Shown here: positions 18,342-27,629 of the stretch, in pieces
How the letters are laid out: every line of letters begins with the position of its first letter
Numbering within the stretch: the first letter of the stretch is position 1
From: Candidatus Latescibacterota bacterium
Lineage (GTDB): Bacteria; Latescibacterota; UBA2968; UBA8231
NCBI GenBank assembly: GCA_965217585.1
Contig: OZ244561.1
Span: 882,888-946,887, forward strand
DNA length: 64,000 bases
Direction: 5' to 3'
The notes under the pieces: model-generated
What the model was told of the DNA's origin: nothing
What the model saw: the letters and a program-made list of their open reading frames with translations, nothing else
Database searches by the model: none
Made by a program: the position numbers and the translations under genes

Positions 18342-20000
18342 CTACGGCTGCACCAGGCGCAAAATCTGATCGGCGGCGACATCGGCCAGCGTCTGCACAG
18401 TGCCATCGGGCCAGCGCACCTCCATATCCACCCTAGCAACGGCGCCCAAACCAAAGTGCAGGCGGTGGTCATGGCTGGAAAGATAGCTGCCGCCAGACTG
18501 GCGTTCCCGCACTTGGCGGTGGACCCCAGCCGTGACGGCGACTAGGGTGCCGATTGCGTCGCGCTGCTGGCGGCCGACTAATTCGACTAGGAGCCAGTGG
18601 TTTTGTTTGCCGACGTCATTGCGCAAGAGGCGCGCGGGGCTGGCCACAGCGCAAACCAGTAGATCGAGATCGCCGTCGTTGTCGTAGTCGGCCAAGGCTG
18701 CGCCGCGGCCGACGTTGGGGGTGGCAAAACTGGGACCTAACGTGGAGGAAATATCGACAAATTTTCTGAGCTTCGGCTCGGTGGAGACTGCGTCCCAGGC
18801 GTTGGCCTCGTTGCGCAAAATCTGGTTGGTCTGGGCATAACTAAGCGTAGAGTCGATCTGTTCCACGATGTCGAGGACGTGGCCGTTGGCGACGAACAAA
18901 TCGAGGTCGCCGTCCAGATCGACGTCGAGGAATTTAGTGCCGAAACCGAGGGGATTGTAGCTGGGCTCGAAGAGGCCGACGCCAGCGCTGATATCGGCGA
19001 ATTGGCCCTGGCCGTCGTTGTGGTAGAGCGTATTGGTCTCGTGGGCGAAATTGGTGACGAACAGGTCCTGATTGCCGTCGTTGTCCCAGTCGCCAAAGTC
19101 CACGCCCATGCCGGCCTCGGCGCGGCCGTCCTCGTTGTAGCGGCCCCCGGTCGTCAGACCTGTTTCGACGAAGTGGGTCTGGCGGTTCTCATAAAGGAAG
19201 TTTAGCGTGCCGTCGTTGGCCACGTAGATATCGGTATCCCCATCCCAGTCGTAGTCAGAAAAGGCCACGCCCAAACCAGGGCCCTCTAATGTGATGCCCG
19301 CCTCATAGGTGATGTCGGTGAATTGGCTTTGGCCGTCGTTGCGGTAGAGCAGATCGCTCGTTGGGCCGTATTCGTCCGGGTCGCAGTAGGTGTGGATATC
19401 GCCCCGCTTACAGACGATGTTGTTGGCCGTAGTGAAGTCCACGTAGTTAGCGACGAAGAGATCGAGGTCACCGTCCAGGTCGTAGTCTAGAAAACCGCAA
19501 CTGGCACCCCAGCGGCCATCGTCGACGCCCGCCCGTTTGGCGCTGTCGCTGTCGCTGAATTTTCCCGCATCATTGCGGTATAAAGCGTTGGGACCAAAGC
19601 GGGTCACGTATAAGTCCTGGTCGCCGTCGTTGTCCCAGTCGGCGGCGGCCACACCCGTGCCGTAGCCGCTATCGCCGCTGCCGGGAGCGGCGTCAAAGCG
19701 GCCGTCGCCCCGGTTGCGGTAGAGTTTGTCGGTCGGCAGGGGCTCGGGGGCCAGGCCGGTGAGATACGTGGAGTTGACCAAATAGATATCCTGCCAGCCG
19801 TCGCCATCGTAGTCCAAGAAAGCAGCTCCCGAGCCAAAAGTCTCTACGTAGAAATAGTCGCCCTCGGCACCGTTGTAGTGTACAAAGTCAAGACCGGCCG
19901 TCTGGGCGACATCGACAAAGCGCAGGGACTGCGTCGGTTCTTCCCGGCTACAGGCCACCAGCAATGGGAACAGGAACAGGACCCAGACGGAGCGAAACAT
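18342..20000 (-). CDS. CRTAC1/ASPIC-UnbV family FG-GAP (VCBS) repeat lipoprotein
   Basis: Signal peptide plus lipobox LLVACS. Repeated DYDGDGWQDIYLVN, DWDNDGDQDLYV, DYDLDGDLDLFVAN, DVDLDGDLDLFVAN FG-GAP motifs. C-terminal SGGSYLSSHDHRLHFGLG is the UnbV/ASPIC block. Confidence 0.85.
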   Translation of the reverse strand: MFRSVWVLFLFPLLVACSREEPTQSLRFVDVAQTAGLDFVHYNGAEGDYFYVETFGSGAAFLDYDGDGWQDIYLVNSTYLTGLAPEPLPTDKLYRNRGDGRFDAAPGSGDSGYGTGVAAADWDNDGDQDLYVTRFGPNALYRNDAGKFSDSDSAKRAGVDDGRWGASCGFLDYDLDGDLDLFVANYVDFTTANNIVCKRGDIHTYCDPDEYGPTSDLLYRNDGQSQFTDITYEAGITLEGPGLGVAFSDYDWDGDTDIYVANDGTLNFLYENRQTHFVETGLTTGGRYNEDGRAEAGMGVDFGDWDNDGNQDLFVTNFAHETNTLYHNDGQGQFADISAGVGLFEPSYNPLGFGTKFLDVDLDGDLDLFVANGHVLDIVEQIDSTLSYAQTNQILRNEANAWDAVSTEPKLRKFVDISSTLGPSFATPNVGRGAALADYDNDGDLDLLVCAVASPARLLRNDVGKQNHWLLVELVGRQQRDAIGTLVAVTAGVHRQVRERQSGGSYLSSHDHRLHFGLGAVARVDMEVRWPDGTVQTLADVAADQILRLVQP

Positions 20001-20003
20001 GAA

Positions 20004-21545
20004 TCAGCGCAGTAAAAAGGAGAGCAGCACGGCCGTGCAAAGGCACCAGAAGAGCCAGCCGGAAAGGGCCTGAAACAGGACCAGGAAGCGCAATTTGCCA
20101 TGGGGACGCACTGATGCCGCGCCCGCAATAAAAAAAGTATGCAGGCTGAAGAGCAGGCACTCCACCAGATCATCTATCAGCAACCAACGGTATAGCAGGG
20201 CAAAGAGCGCCACCCAGGCCAAAGCGACTAGGGCTAGGCGCTCCAAGTCGGTGCCGTAGCGCGAGCTCAGGTCAAAGGCGATGAGGGCGTAGCGCTCGGT
20301 AGAGGTCCAGGGCAGGTGGTGGCGACGGCGATCCAGCGACTCTATATAACAGCCGCGGGCATCGGCGGCCATGCCGGAGAGGAGGAACTGGTGGCGCAGA
20401 CCGGCATAGACGCGATCCAGATCGTAGTTGGTCTGCTCTGGGGGCTGGGCTACGTGGCCGCGCAAATGATCCCAGGTGGAGAACAGGCGCTGGAAACGCG
20501 CGTTTTGCAGCAAGAGCTGGGCTTTAGGGCCCAGCAGCGAGTCGGGCATGGTGGCGGAAGGCCGCAGATCCAGGCTGGGGGCGACTAGGTGGCGCAAGTC
20601 GAGGCTGATGCGAAAAAGGGCATTGAGCAGGAGATCGTTGTCGCTGTGGACACCGGTAAAGACCGCTTCTTTGGCGAAGATGCTGCCGTCGAAGACGGCT
20701 CCGTCGTCAAAACGGGCTTGTTCGAAGTGGGCAGAGTGGGCGAAAGCGATATTTGCGAAAGCCGCCCGCTGCGCGAAAGCGGCTTGCTTAAACGAGGTTT
20801 CCCCGGCAAAGCGGACGCTGGAAAAATCGGCGGCATCGAATTGGGCTTGCCAAAAAAAAGACCGGTGCAGAAAGCGCGCCCCGGCAAAGGAGACGGGAGC
20901 GCGCCAGCGCGCTGCTTTGAACGAGGCCACACCGGCAAAGCGGGCGTCGCTGAAGTCGACCTCGCCGGCAAAAAGAACGTCCTCAAAATAGGCACCGCCC
21001 TCGCAGCGCAGGCGCGCGAAAGTGGCGTCGCTGAAGTGGGCTCCGGCGCAGGAAAATACGGCGGCGAGGTGGCTTTGGGTGAAGTCGGCCGTGGCGGTGA
21101 AGCGAGCATCTCTAAGGTTGGTTTTTTGCCTTACCTCGCATTCTCGCAGGGCAAAGGATTGCAAGAATTGCGCTTCAGCTAGGGAAAGGTCCGCGGCAAA
21201 GGTAGTACGAGAAAAGATCACCGGACCGAGAAAAACAACCTCGGCCAGCAAAACTTCGTCGAGGAAAAGCACATCGGTCAATTCCAGCGCCGCCCGCACG
21301 GTGTCGAGATTGGCCGCTAAGCTGGAGAGGCGACCCTTTACGGCTGTTTGCCGTAAAGCAAGACGGCTATGGTCATTGGCCGTGCTTAGGAGATCCATTA
21401 ATTCCCCGGCCTCGAGCAGGGTGTAGCTGCGGCCCGCGATAGTGGTGTCGGTCGGAGCGCTCGGCTGGGCGCCAACGGCCGTGGTCAGAGCGATTATCAG
21501 GGCGAGGATGGCCCGCTTCGATTTAACCCAGTTCAATATCCACAT
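20004..21545 (-). CDS. Pentapeptide-repeat protein with N-terminal signal peptide and C-terminal transmembrane domain
   Basis: 513 aa. There is a long run of A(D/N)LxF-type quintets (FSDATFARLRCEGGAYFEDVLFAGEVDFSDARFAGVASFKAARW...). The last ~110 aa are hydrophobic helices. Confidence 0.75.
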   Translation of the reverse strand: MWILNWVKSKRAILALIIALTTAVGAQPSAPTDTTIAGRSYTLLEAGELMDLLSTANDHSRLALRQTAVKGRLSSLAANLDTVRAALELTDVLFLDEVLLAEVVFLGPVIFSRTTFAADLSLAEAQFLQSFALRECEVRQKTNLRDARFTATADFTQSHLAAVFSCAGAHFSDATFARLRCEGGAYFEDVLFAGEVDFSDARFAGVASFKAARWRAPVSFAGARFLHRSFFWQAQFDAADFSSVRFAGETSFKQAAFAQRAAFANIAFAHSAHFEQARFDDGAVFDGSIFAKEAVFTGVHSDNDLLLNALFRISLDLRHLVAPSLDLRPSATMPDSLLGPKAQLLLQNARFQRLFSTWDHLRGHVAQPPEQTNYDLDRVYAGLRHQFLLSGMAADARGCYIESLDRRRHHLPWTSTERYALIAFDLSSRYGTDLERLALVALAWVALFALLYRWLLIDDLVECLLFSLHTFFIAGAASVRPHGKLRFLVLFQALSGWLFWCLCTAVLLSFLLR

Positions 21546-21739
21546 GAGAAATATAGATACTCTGTAGAGGTATCCGGTGCAAGCTGTCGGCCCTTTAACA
21601 GCGCAGCGCGTCGACTTTTTGAGCCGACCGACGGAGTCTTTAGATTTTTGCGCTATATTGTCGAGTATCAGGAGCGGAAACTTTAGCGGTCAATGCTAGG
21701 TACTATAAGACGGCTTCTAAAGAAAAGGACGCGTAAACC

Positions 21740-22555
21740 TTGGCGCATCAGCAACGGCTTCTAAGAGTATCGCGGAACCATCTGCTCCTAGCTCTTTTTA
21801 TGGGCAGTTGGGGATGGATCGGCTGCGGTCAAAAAGAACGACAAACACTAGCTGGCGAGCCGTCACCCAACGTGCAAAAGGAAGGCAAACCCCAACCGTT
21901 AAAGGTCGAACAAGAGGAGCAGATTGCGGCCGAGATTTACTATCGTCGCGGTCGTCGCTACCTGCAGAATGGTCAGTATGAAGAAGCGATCGGAGAATTC
22001 AGCCAAGCAGTGCATCTGAAGCCAGATTTTGCCCGGGCCTTGGACCAGATCGGTTTGGCCTATACGCTGCAGCGAAAAGCGGGGAAAGCCATTCCGTACT
22101 ACAAAAGGGCCATCGCCCAAGCACCCGAGAATGGGGTCTTCCTCATGCATCTCGGAAAAACCTACATGGACCTTCGCGATTATGCCGCAGCCAAGAGGGC
22201 CTATCGACGCGCTCTTGAGTTGGGAGTAAAACGGGCAAAGATCTACTATGATCTAGGGCTGGTCAGTGAGCGAGAAAACGAATTGGAAGCTGCCAGAAGC
22301 TATTTCCAGCAGGCTATTCAGGTGAATTCCGAATTTGCCGACCCCTATTGCCGTCTAGGCGCTGTCCTAGAGAAGCAGGGAGAGCAAACAGAGGCCGCTT
22401 ATCTCTACCAGCAAGCGCTCAAAAAAGATCCCCGCCACATTCCCACCCACTACCGTCTAGCGCAGCTTTATCTCAAACAGGGACGCCGGGAAGAAGGTCA
22501 GCGGTTATTGCGGGATTTTCAACATCTAAAGCAAGCTGAGCGCGAACGGCCATAG
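21740..22555 (+). CDS. TPR-repeat lipoprotein
   Basis: Lipobox WGWIGCGQ. Repeated TPR units (YYRRGRRYLQNGQYEEAIGEFSQAVHLKPDFARAL..., YYDLGLVSERENELEAARSYFQQAIQVN...). The start (TTG at 21740) is uncertain. Confidence 0.7.
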   Translation: MAHQQRLLRVSRNHLLLALFMGSWGWIGCGQKERQTLAGEPSPNVQKEGKPQPLKVEQEEQIAAEIYYRRGRRYLQNGQYEEAIGEFSQAVHLKPDFARALDQIGLAYTLQRKAGKAIPYYKRAIAQAPENGVFLMHLGKTYMDLRDYAAAKRAYRRALELGVKRAKIYYDLGLVSERENELEAARSYFQQAIQVNSEFADPYCRLGAVLEKQGEQTEAAYLYQQALKKDPRHIPTHYRLAQLYLKQGRREEGQRLLRDFQHLKQAERERP

Positions 22556-22698
22556 GGCTGAGCTGCACTTGCGATCGGCAAGACTTGACACCCGATGGAC
22601 AAAAGGGATAGGTTGGGTCGCAACGACCGAAAAAAGTGCGGTTCTTCTTAAATGCGGCGATTCAAATCATATATGTTTAGCCCCCATAGGAGAGTCTA

Positions 22699-23958
22699 AT
22701 GTCCCAGCAACCAGCACTAGCTCACAAGCCCACCAAGCGCGGGGCCGCCGCCCACAGCAGCGCAGGCATCGTGCCTCCTCTCTTTCCCCGCACCATAGGG
22801 CCCAATAGTCTAAAGTACGTCCAGGAGGTATTGGATTCGGGGCTAAGCTGCGATTCAGTGGGCAAGTTCGAGCAGGCGTTCGCCGCGGAACTGGGCGTCA
22901 AGCACTGCATCGCCACCCCCACCTGCACCACGGCCATGGCCGCCCTAGCGCTGGCCTTTGACTTCGATCCCGGCGACGAGGTCATCATCAGCCCGCTCAC
23001 CGATTACGGCACCGTCTACGGCGTGCTCATGCACAATTATATTCCCGTTTTTCCCGATACGGCGCCGGGCACGGTCAATTTCAGTGCCGCGACCATAGAG
23101 CCCTGCATCACCGATCGCACGCGGGCAATTCTGGCGGTGCACAAATGTGGCCTGCCCAACGATATGGATCCGATCAACGAATTGGCCGCCAAACGCGGAC
23201 TGATCGTCTACGAGGACATTTGTCAGGCCATATTCAGCGAATACAAGGGGCGCATCGTCGGCACCCTGGGGACGGCCTCGGCCTTCTCTCTGGATTCGGA
23301 GAAAACCTTCAGCTCGGATAAAGGAGGTTGCATCGCTACTGACGATGACGAACTAGCGGAAAAAGTGCGCTTCCTCAGTTCGGGCCGCGCCGGGGTGGAT
23401 GTGCCCCACTTCGGCCGCACCCACACGGCCTTTGGTCATGCCTACGATATGAGCCGCATGACCGCGGCGCTGTGCCTGGGTCAACTGGAGACCATCCGCG
23501 CTCAGGTAGCCAAGATCGACCGCACCGTGCGTCTGGTCACGGAGAAGCTCTCCTCTATTGCCGGCATTACGCCATTGCCCATTCCCGACTACGTCACCAA
23601 ATATTCCGCCTGGATGTCCAGCTTCAGCATCGACCCAGAGGCCTTCCAATGCACGGGCGAGGAGTTTGCCGCCCAGGTACTAGAAGCCGGAGTAAATGGA
23701 GCGGGCCAGGGCAAGTATTACCTGATGCCCGCCGCCCTCCCCTTTCTCCAGCAATACGTGGACGCCAACAAGTACCCGTTTTCGCGGCCGCCGGCCTCGC
23801 GTGTGTACCACTACAGTTCCGCTACTTGCCCCACGGCCTGGGCTTTTCTCGAAAACTGGGTCCGCACCTGCTCGATTTCCGAAAAATGGGAAGATGAACA
23901 CATAGAGATGATCGCGGCCATCGTCGCAGAAGTGGCGGACCGCAATCGGGTGGGATAG
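22699..23958 (+). CDS. DegT/DnrJ/EryC1/StrS-family PLP-dependent aminotransferase
   Basis: 419 aa. VQEVLDSGLS...FEQAFAAELGVKHCIATPTCTTAMAALALAFDFDPGDEVIISPLT is the canonical DegT N-terminal block. AGGAG lies 8 nt upstream of the ATG. Confidence 0.85.
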   Translation: MSQQPALAHKPTKRGAAAHSSAGIVPPLFPRTIGPNSLKYVQEVLDSGLSCDSVGKFEQAFAAELGVKHCIATPTCTTAMAALALAFDFDPGDEVIISPLTDYGTVYGVLMHNYIPVFPDTAPGTVNFSAATIEPCITDRTRAILAVHKCGLPNDMDPINELAAKRGLIVYEDICQAIFSEYKGRIVGTLGTASAFSLDSEKTFSSDKGGCIATDDDELAEKVRFLSSGRAGVDVPHFGRTHTAFGHAYDMSRMTAALCLGQLETIRAQVAKIDRTVRLVTEKLSSIAGITPLPIPDYVTKYSAWMSSFSIDPEAFQCTGEEFAAQVLEAGVNGAGQGKYYLMPAALPFLQQYVDANKYPFSRPPASRVYHYSSATCPTAWAFLENWVRTCSISEKWEDEHIEMIAAIVAEVADRNRVG

Positions 23959-23963
23959 GTCCG

Positions 23964-24770
23964 ATGAGTAAGACGCTTAAACTCAAGACTCGCCATTACC
24001 GCGCCCGGCCCATAGACAAAGCCGGCTACGCAGAGGACGTCTTCGAGCTGCCAGTGGAACGCACGGCGCTCATTGGTTTGCACTGCTGGAATGTGGGGCT
24101 GCCGGATGGCCCTGAGATCGACGTCAACTACGTCACGGGCATGGGCTGGCCTCAGGCCACCGAAGAATCCTGGCGCGTTATGCAAGAAGTGATCCGGCCG
24201 GCCATGGATATCGCCCGGCGGCTCGGTATGCCGGTGTGCCACGTCGAGCCCGAGGATTTTGACAAGCACTACCCCGAGGTGCCTTCTCGCCGCACCCCGG
24301 AAAACCAGCGCTGCGCGGCCTCTCTGCGGCACCCGTCGGACCGCTGGGCCATCGCCCGCACCGGCGAATTCCAAACCATCGAAAAAAGATCGACCGGCGT
24401 CGATCTGGCCAAATCGCCCGCTGCGCGCATGAAAAGGGCCAAAATCGTCGCGCCGATGGGGGACGAACCCCTCGTCTTTTACACCGACCAGCTCGACGCA
24501 TACCTGCAAGAGCGCGGCGTCGAAACCCTCATCTATACGGGCTTTGCCGCGGATATGTGCATTCTCAACTCAGAGGGGGGGGGCCGCCCCATGCTGCGGG
24601 CGGGCTACCGCTGTATTCTCATGCGGGACGGCACGGTGGGCGTGGAAACGCCCGATACCTTTCCCGAGCGTCTGGCCACGCGTTATGGCATTCACCGCTT
24701 TGAAATAGCCGTAGGTTATTCCACCACCTGGGCGGATTTCCAGACCGCCGTTGCAACGCTAGATAAATAA
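23964..24770 (+). CDS. Isochorismatase-family cysteine hydrolase
   Basis: 268 aa. ALIGLHCWN and VETLIYTGFAADMCILNS (catalytic Cys context). It contains a G9 homopolymer at 24575-24583. Confidence 0.75.
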   Translation: MSKTLKLKTRHYRARPIDKAGYAEDVFELPVERTALIGLHCWNVGLPDGPEIDVNYVTGMGWPQATEESWRVMQEVIRPAMDIARRLGMPVCHVEPEDFDKHYPEVPSRRTPENQRCAASLRHPSDRWAIARTGEFQTIEKRSTGVDLAKSPAARMKRAKIVAPMGDEPLVFYTDQLDAYLQERGVETLIYTGFAADMCILNSEGGGRPMLRAGYRCILMRDGTVGVETPDTFPERLATRYGIHRFEIAVGYSTTWADFQTAVATLDK

Positions 24771-24785
24771 AAAGACAACGGAACT

Positions 24786-25781
24786 ATGGCCCTGCGCATC
24801 TGCGACTGGAAATACGGCAAGAACTGGGTTTATTCGATTACCTACGACGAGGCGCTGGCCGATCTACACCGCTTTGCCATTCCCCATCACGAGGAATTCG
24901 GCATTCCCGGACACGTAGAGGCCGTGGCCCAGCAGATCGGCGAAATCCGCAATATCGGCACTTCCAGCTTCAACGGCTACCGGCACATGAATGGCGATGA
25001 GCTCAAGGATTTGCTCGCCCGCGGCTGGGGCGTGGGCAGCCACGGCTGGAGTCACCACTTTATCAGGCCCGATATGGTCGACCAAGAAATCCGCCTGTCT
25101 CGCGATGTTATAGAACAGGCTATCGGCGCTCCTGTGCTGCTGTACTGCGCCCCCAACGGCATTGAAAATATGTCCGGCTATGTGCTGGACGCCTGTCGCC
25201 AACTCGGTTACTTGGGCGCCATGAGCATAACGGATGGGGTGAACGCGGCGAGCGATGAATTGTACTACCTCAATCGCACGCCGTTGCACGAAAGCTATGA
25301 GGAGCCTTTTTACAGCGCTTACGACCCGTTCCGCCATATTCTGCTGGCCCAGGAGGCCAAGGGTTGGATTATCGACTACTGCCACTGCCCGTTGGAACAG
25401 GCCGTTCACCCCAACAAAGACTGCTCGCAAGCGCAATTGCGCCTGCGTTTGCAGACGATCATCGCAGAGGGCGGTGACCAGGTCTGGTGCGCCGTGCCCG
25501 AAGAGGTCATTTCCTATCACTTGTGCCGACGGCACGCCGTGGTCGAAACCGTGGCCGCAACGGCTCGCGAACAACGATACCGGATCCGCTATGAGGCGTT
25601 GCCTGCCCGGGTTGAGCGCCGGGAGTTGACCTTTGAAGTGGAGGTGCCGACGGCCTGGTGCAATTCTCCCCGAGTGTGGGTAAACGGGGTGCCCCGGTCG
25701 GCCTCTGTGGTGCGCCCTCGCCTGCTGCGGACGACGGTGGAGGCGGAGGATGGGACGGAGTTGCAGTTTCGTCCTTCGTAG
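24786..25781 (+). CDS. Polysaccharide deacetylase (NodB-like), tandem paralogue 1
   Basis: 331 aa. SITYDEA (TFDD-type motif 1) and GSHGWSHH (HxxxH motif 2). Collinear and gap-free with the next gene. Confidence 0.75.
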   Translation: MALRICDWKYGKNWVYSITYDEALADLHRFAIPHHEEFGIPGHVEAVAQQIGEIRNIGTSSFNGYRHMNGDELKDLLARGWGVGSHGWSHHFIRPDMVDQEIRLSRDVIEQAIGAPVLLYCAPNGIENMSGYVLDACRQLGYLGAMSITDGVNAASDELYYLNRTPLHESYEEPFYSAYDPFRHILLAQEAKGWIIDYCHCPLEQAVHPNKDCSQAQLRLRLQTIIAEGGDQVWCAVPEEVISYHLCRRHAVVETVAATAREQRYRIRYEALPARVERRELTFEVEVPTAWCNSPRVWVNGVPRSASVVRPRLLRTTVEAEDGTELQFRPS

Positions 25782-25805
25782 GGGCGACCGGCCGGTCGCC
25801 CCTAC
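25778..25805. repeat. 28-bp perfect palindrome gtaggggcgaccggccggtcgcccctac (REP-like element), copy 1
   Basis: The two 14-nt halves are exact reverse complements. It overlaps the stop codon of deacetylase 1. A near-identical copy lies at 41276-41303. Confidence 0.9.
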
Positions 25806-25838
25806 TGGCTAAAAACCATTCGCTGTGAAGGATAGATT

Positions 25839-26834
25839 ATGTCGCTGCGCATTTGCGATTGGAAATACGGCAAACGCTGGGTCTACTCCATTACCTACGA
25901 CGAGGCCCTGATCGATTTGCACCGTTTTGCTGTGCCCTATCACGAAGAATGCGGTATTCCCGGGCACTTGGAAGTAGTCGTCGGGCAAATGGGGGAAGTG
26001 CGCCGGGTCGCCGGGTCGAGCTTCAATGGCTACCGGCATATGAATGCCGATGAGCTCAAAGACCTGATGGCTCGCGGCTGGGGCGTCGGCAATCACTCGT
26101 GGACTCACGTCTTTATCAAACCCGAGATGGTCGATCAGGAGCTGCGCGTGGCCAGGGAGGTTTTAGAGCAAGCCATTGACGCGCCGGTGCCGCTGTATTG
26201 TGCCCCCGGCAGCAACCGCAATATGGCCCCACACATTCTCGAGGCCTGCCGCCAACTCGGCTATTTGGGCGCGATGAGCATCAGGGAGGGAATAAATCGA
26301 CCCGCAGACGAGTGCTATTGGCTCGACCGCAGTCCTCTGATCCATGAATACCCCCCTCCTTTCTTCAGCAAACACGATCCCTTCCGCAATATTCTCCCCG
26401 CCCGCCAGTCCCGCGGTTGGGTCATCGACTACTGCCACTGCCCGCTCGAAGAGCCCATCCACATCAATAAGGATTGCTCCGCAGCCCAGCTACGCAAGCG
26501 CTTGGAGACGGTGCTTGCAGAGGGCGGCGACGAAGTCTGGTGCGCCGTGCCCGAAGAAGTCGTGTTCTATCATCTGAGCCGGCGTCATGCCGCCATTGAC
26601 GTTGTTGGCGACAGTGTCGATGAGCAGCGGTATCAAATTTCTTTCACCGATCTGCCCGCCGGCGTGGCTTGCAAGGAGCTGACCTTTGAAGCGGAAGTGC
26701 CGGCGGCCTGGTGCAACTTTCCCCGTATATGGGTCGACGGCGTAGCGCAGACAGCGGAGTTAGTGCGGCCCCGGGTGCTGCGAGCCACTGTCGATGTAGG
26801 GGATGGGGTCGAAGTGGGGTTTCGCGCCGGATAA
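25839..26834 (+). CDS. Polysaccharide deacetylase (NodB-like), tandem paralogue 2
   Basis: 331 aa. SITYDEA and GNHSWTH motifs. Roughly two-thirds of residues are identical to paralogue 1 by eye, with no indels. Confidence 0.75.
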   Translation: MSLRICDWKYGKRWVYSITYDEALIDLHRFAVPYHEECGIPGHLEVVVGQMGEVRRVAGSSFNGYRHMNADELKDLMARGWGVGNHSWTHVFIKPEMVDQELRVAREVLEQAIDAPVPLYCAPGSNRNMAPHILEACRQLGYLGAMSIREGINRPADECYWLDRSPLIHEYPPPFFSKHDPFRNILPARQSRGWVIDYCHCPLEEPIHINKDCSAAQLRKRLETVLAEGGDEVWCAVPEEVVFYHLSRRHAAIDVVGDSVDEQRYQISFTDLPAGVACKELTFEAEVPAAWCNFPRIWVDGVAQTAELVRPRVLRATVDVGDGVEVGFRAG

Positions 26835-26837
26835 CGC

Positions 26838-27626
26838 TCAAAACAGAGATTTGGCGAAGGTTAGGTCTTCGGCGAGGAGTCGCTCTGTGGAGGCTGCATC
26901 GTGGTATTCGGCATCCATGCAGACGACACCGCTGAAGCCCCTTCGTTTCAGTTCCGCCACCGACCGCGGCCACGAAGCCAGGCCCTGCCGTCCCGTGGTC
27001 CAATAAGGACGCCATTCCACGTTTTCCGCTTCCGCTCCGGTCTGCCGCCGCCAGTACGCATTCTTGAGCTTGAATTGGGACAGATGCGACCAGACGATAT
27101 CGATCGCCATCTCGGGGGATTCTCCGTTGAGAGCAGTGTGCCCGGCACAGGGTATGGCGCAGATATGGCTGGGATCGTAGCGGTCGATTAGGTGTTTAAT
27201 GCCCATGGCATTGCACACCCATTGGCCTTCGTGATTTTGGATGCCCAAAGCGACCCCGTGTTTGTCGAGCAAGGGAATCAGGGCGTCAAAGGCTCGCTGG
27301 TGCCCTTCTACGCTGGCCAAATACCCCCCGGTAGCGATGGCTGGACAGGTGCGAATGACCGGAACTCCGGCCGCGCCGCAAGCCGCAATGGTTGCTTCGT
27401 CCGTCGGTCCGGCCACACTGGTAATGGCGACACCCAAAGCGCCGAGTTCCTTTGCCGCTTTGGGCAAGTCGCGTCCAACACTTTCGGGGGGCACTGGATA
27501 ATCCGCACGCACGGGCAGTTCAATGCCGTCGAAGCCCAGATCGAGGACAAACTCTCCGAGTTCGGTTGGAGATTTGTCCTTCCACATTTTGGTGAAAACG
27601 GAAAAGGAAACGCCTTTTTTTTGCAT
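26838..27626 (-). CDS. Sugar phosphate isomerase/epimerase (xylose-isomerase-like TIM barrel)
   Basis: 262 aa. LGFDGIELPV...LGALGVAITSV...VALGIQNHEG...GFSGVVCMDAEY is the AP-endonuclease-2/xylose-isomerase-like TIM pattern. Confidence 0.75.
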   Translation of the reverse strand: MQKKGVSFSVFTKMWKDKSPTELGEFVLDLGFDGIELPVRADYPVPPESVGRDLPKAAKELGALGVAITSVAGPTDEATIAACGAAGVPVIRTCPAIATGGYLASVEGHQRAFDALIPLLDKHGVALGIQNHEGQWVCNAMGIKHLIDRYDPSHICAIPCAGHTALNGESPEMAIDIVWSHLSQFKLKNAYWRRQTGAEAENVEWRPYWTTGRQGLASWPRSVAELKRRGFSGVVCMDAEYHDAASTERLLAEDLTFAKSLF

Positions 27627-27629
27627 TTT

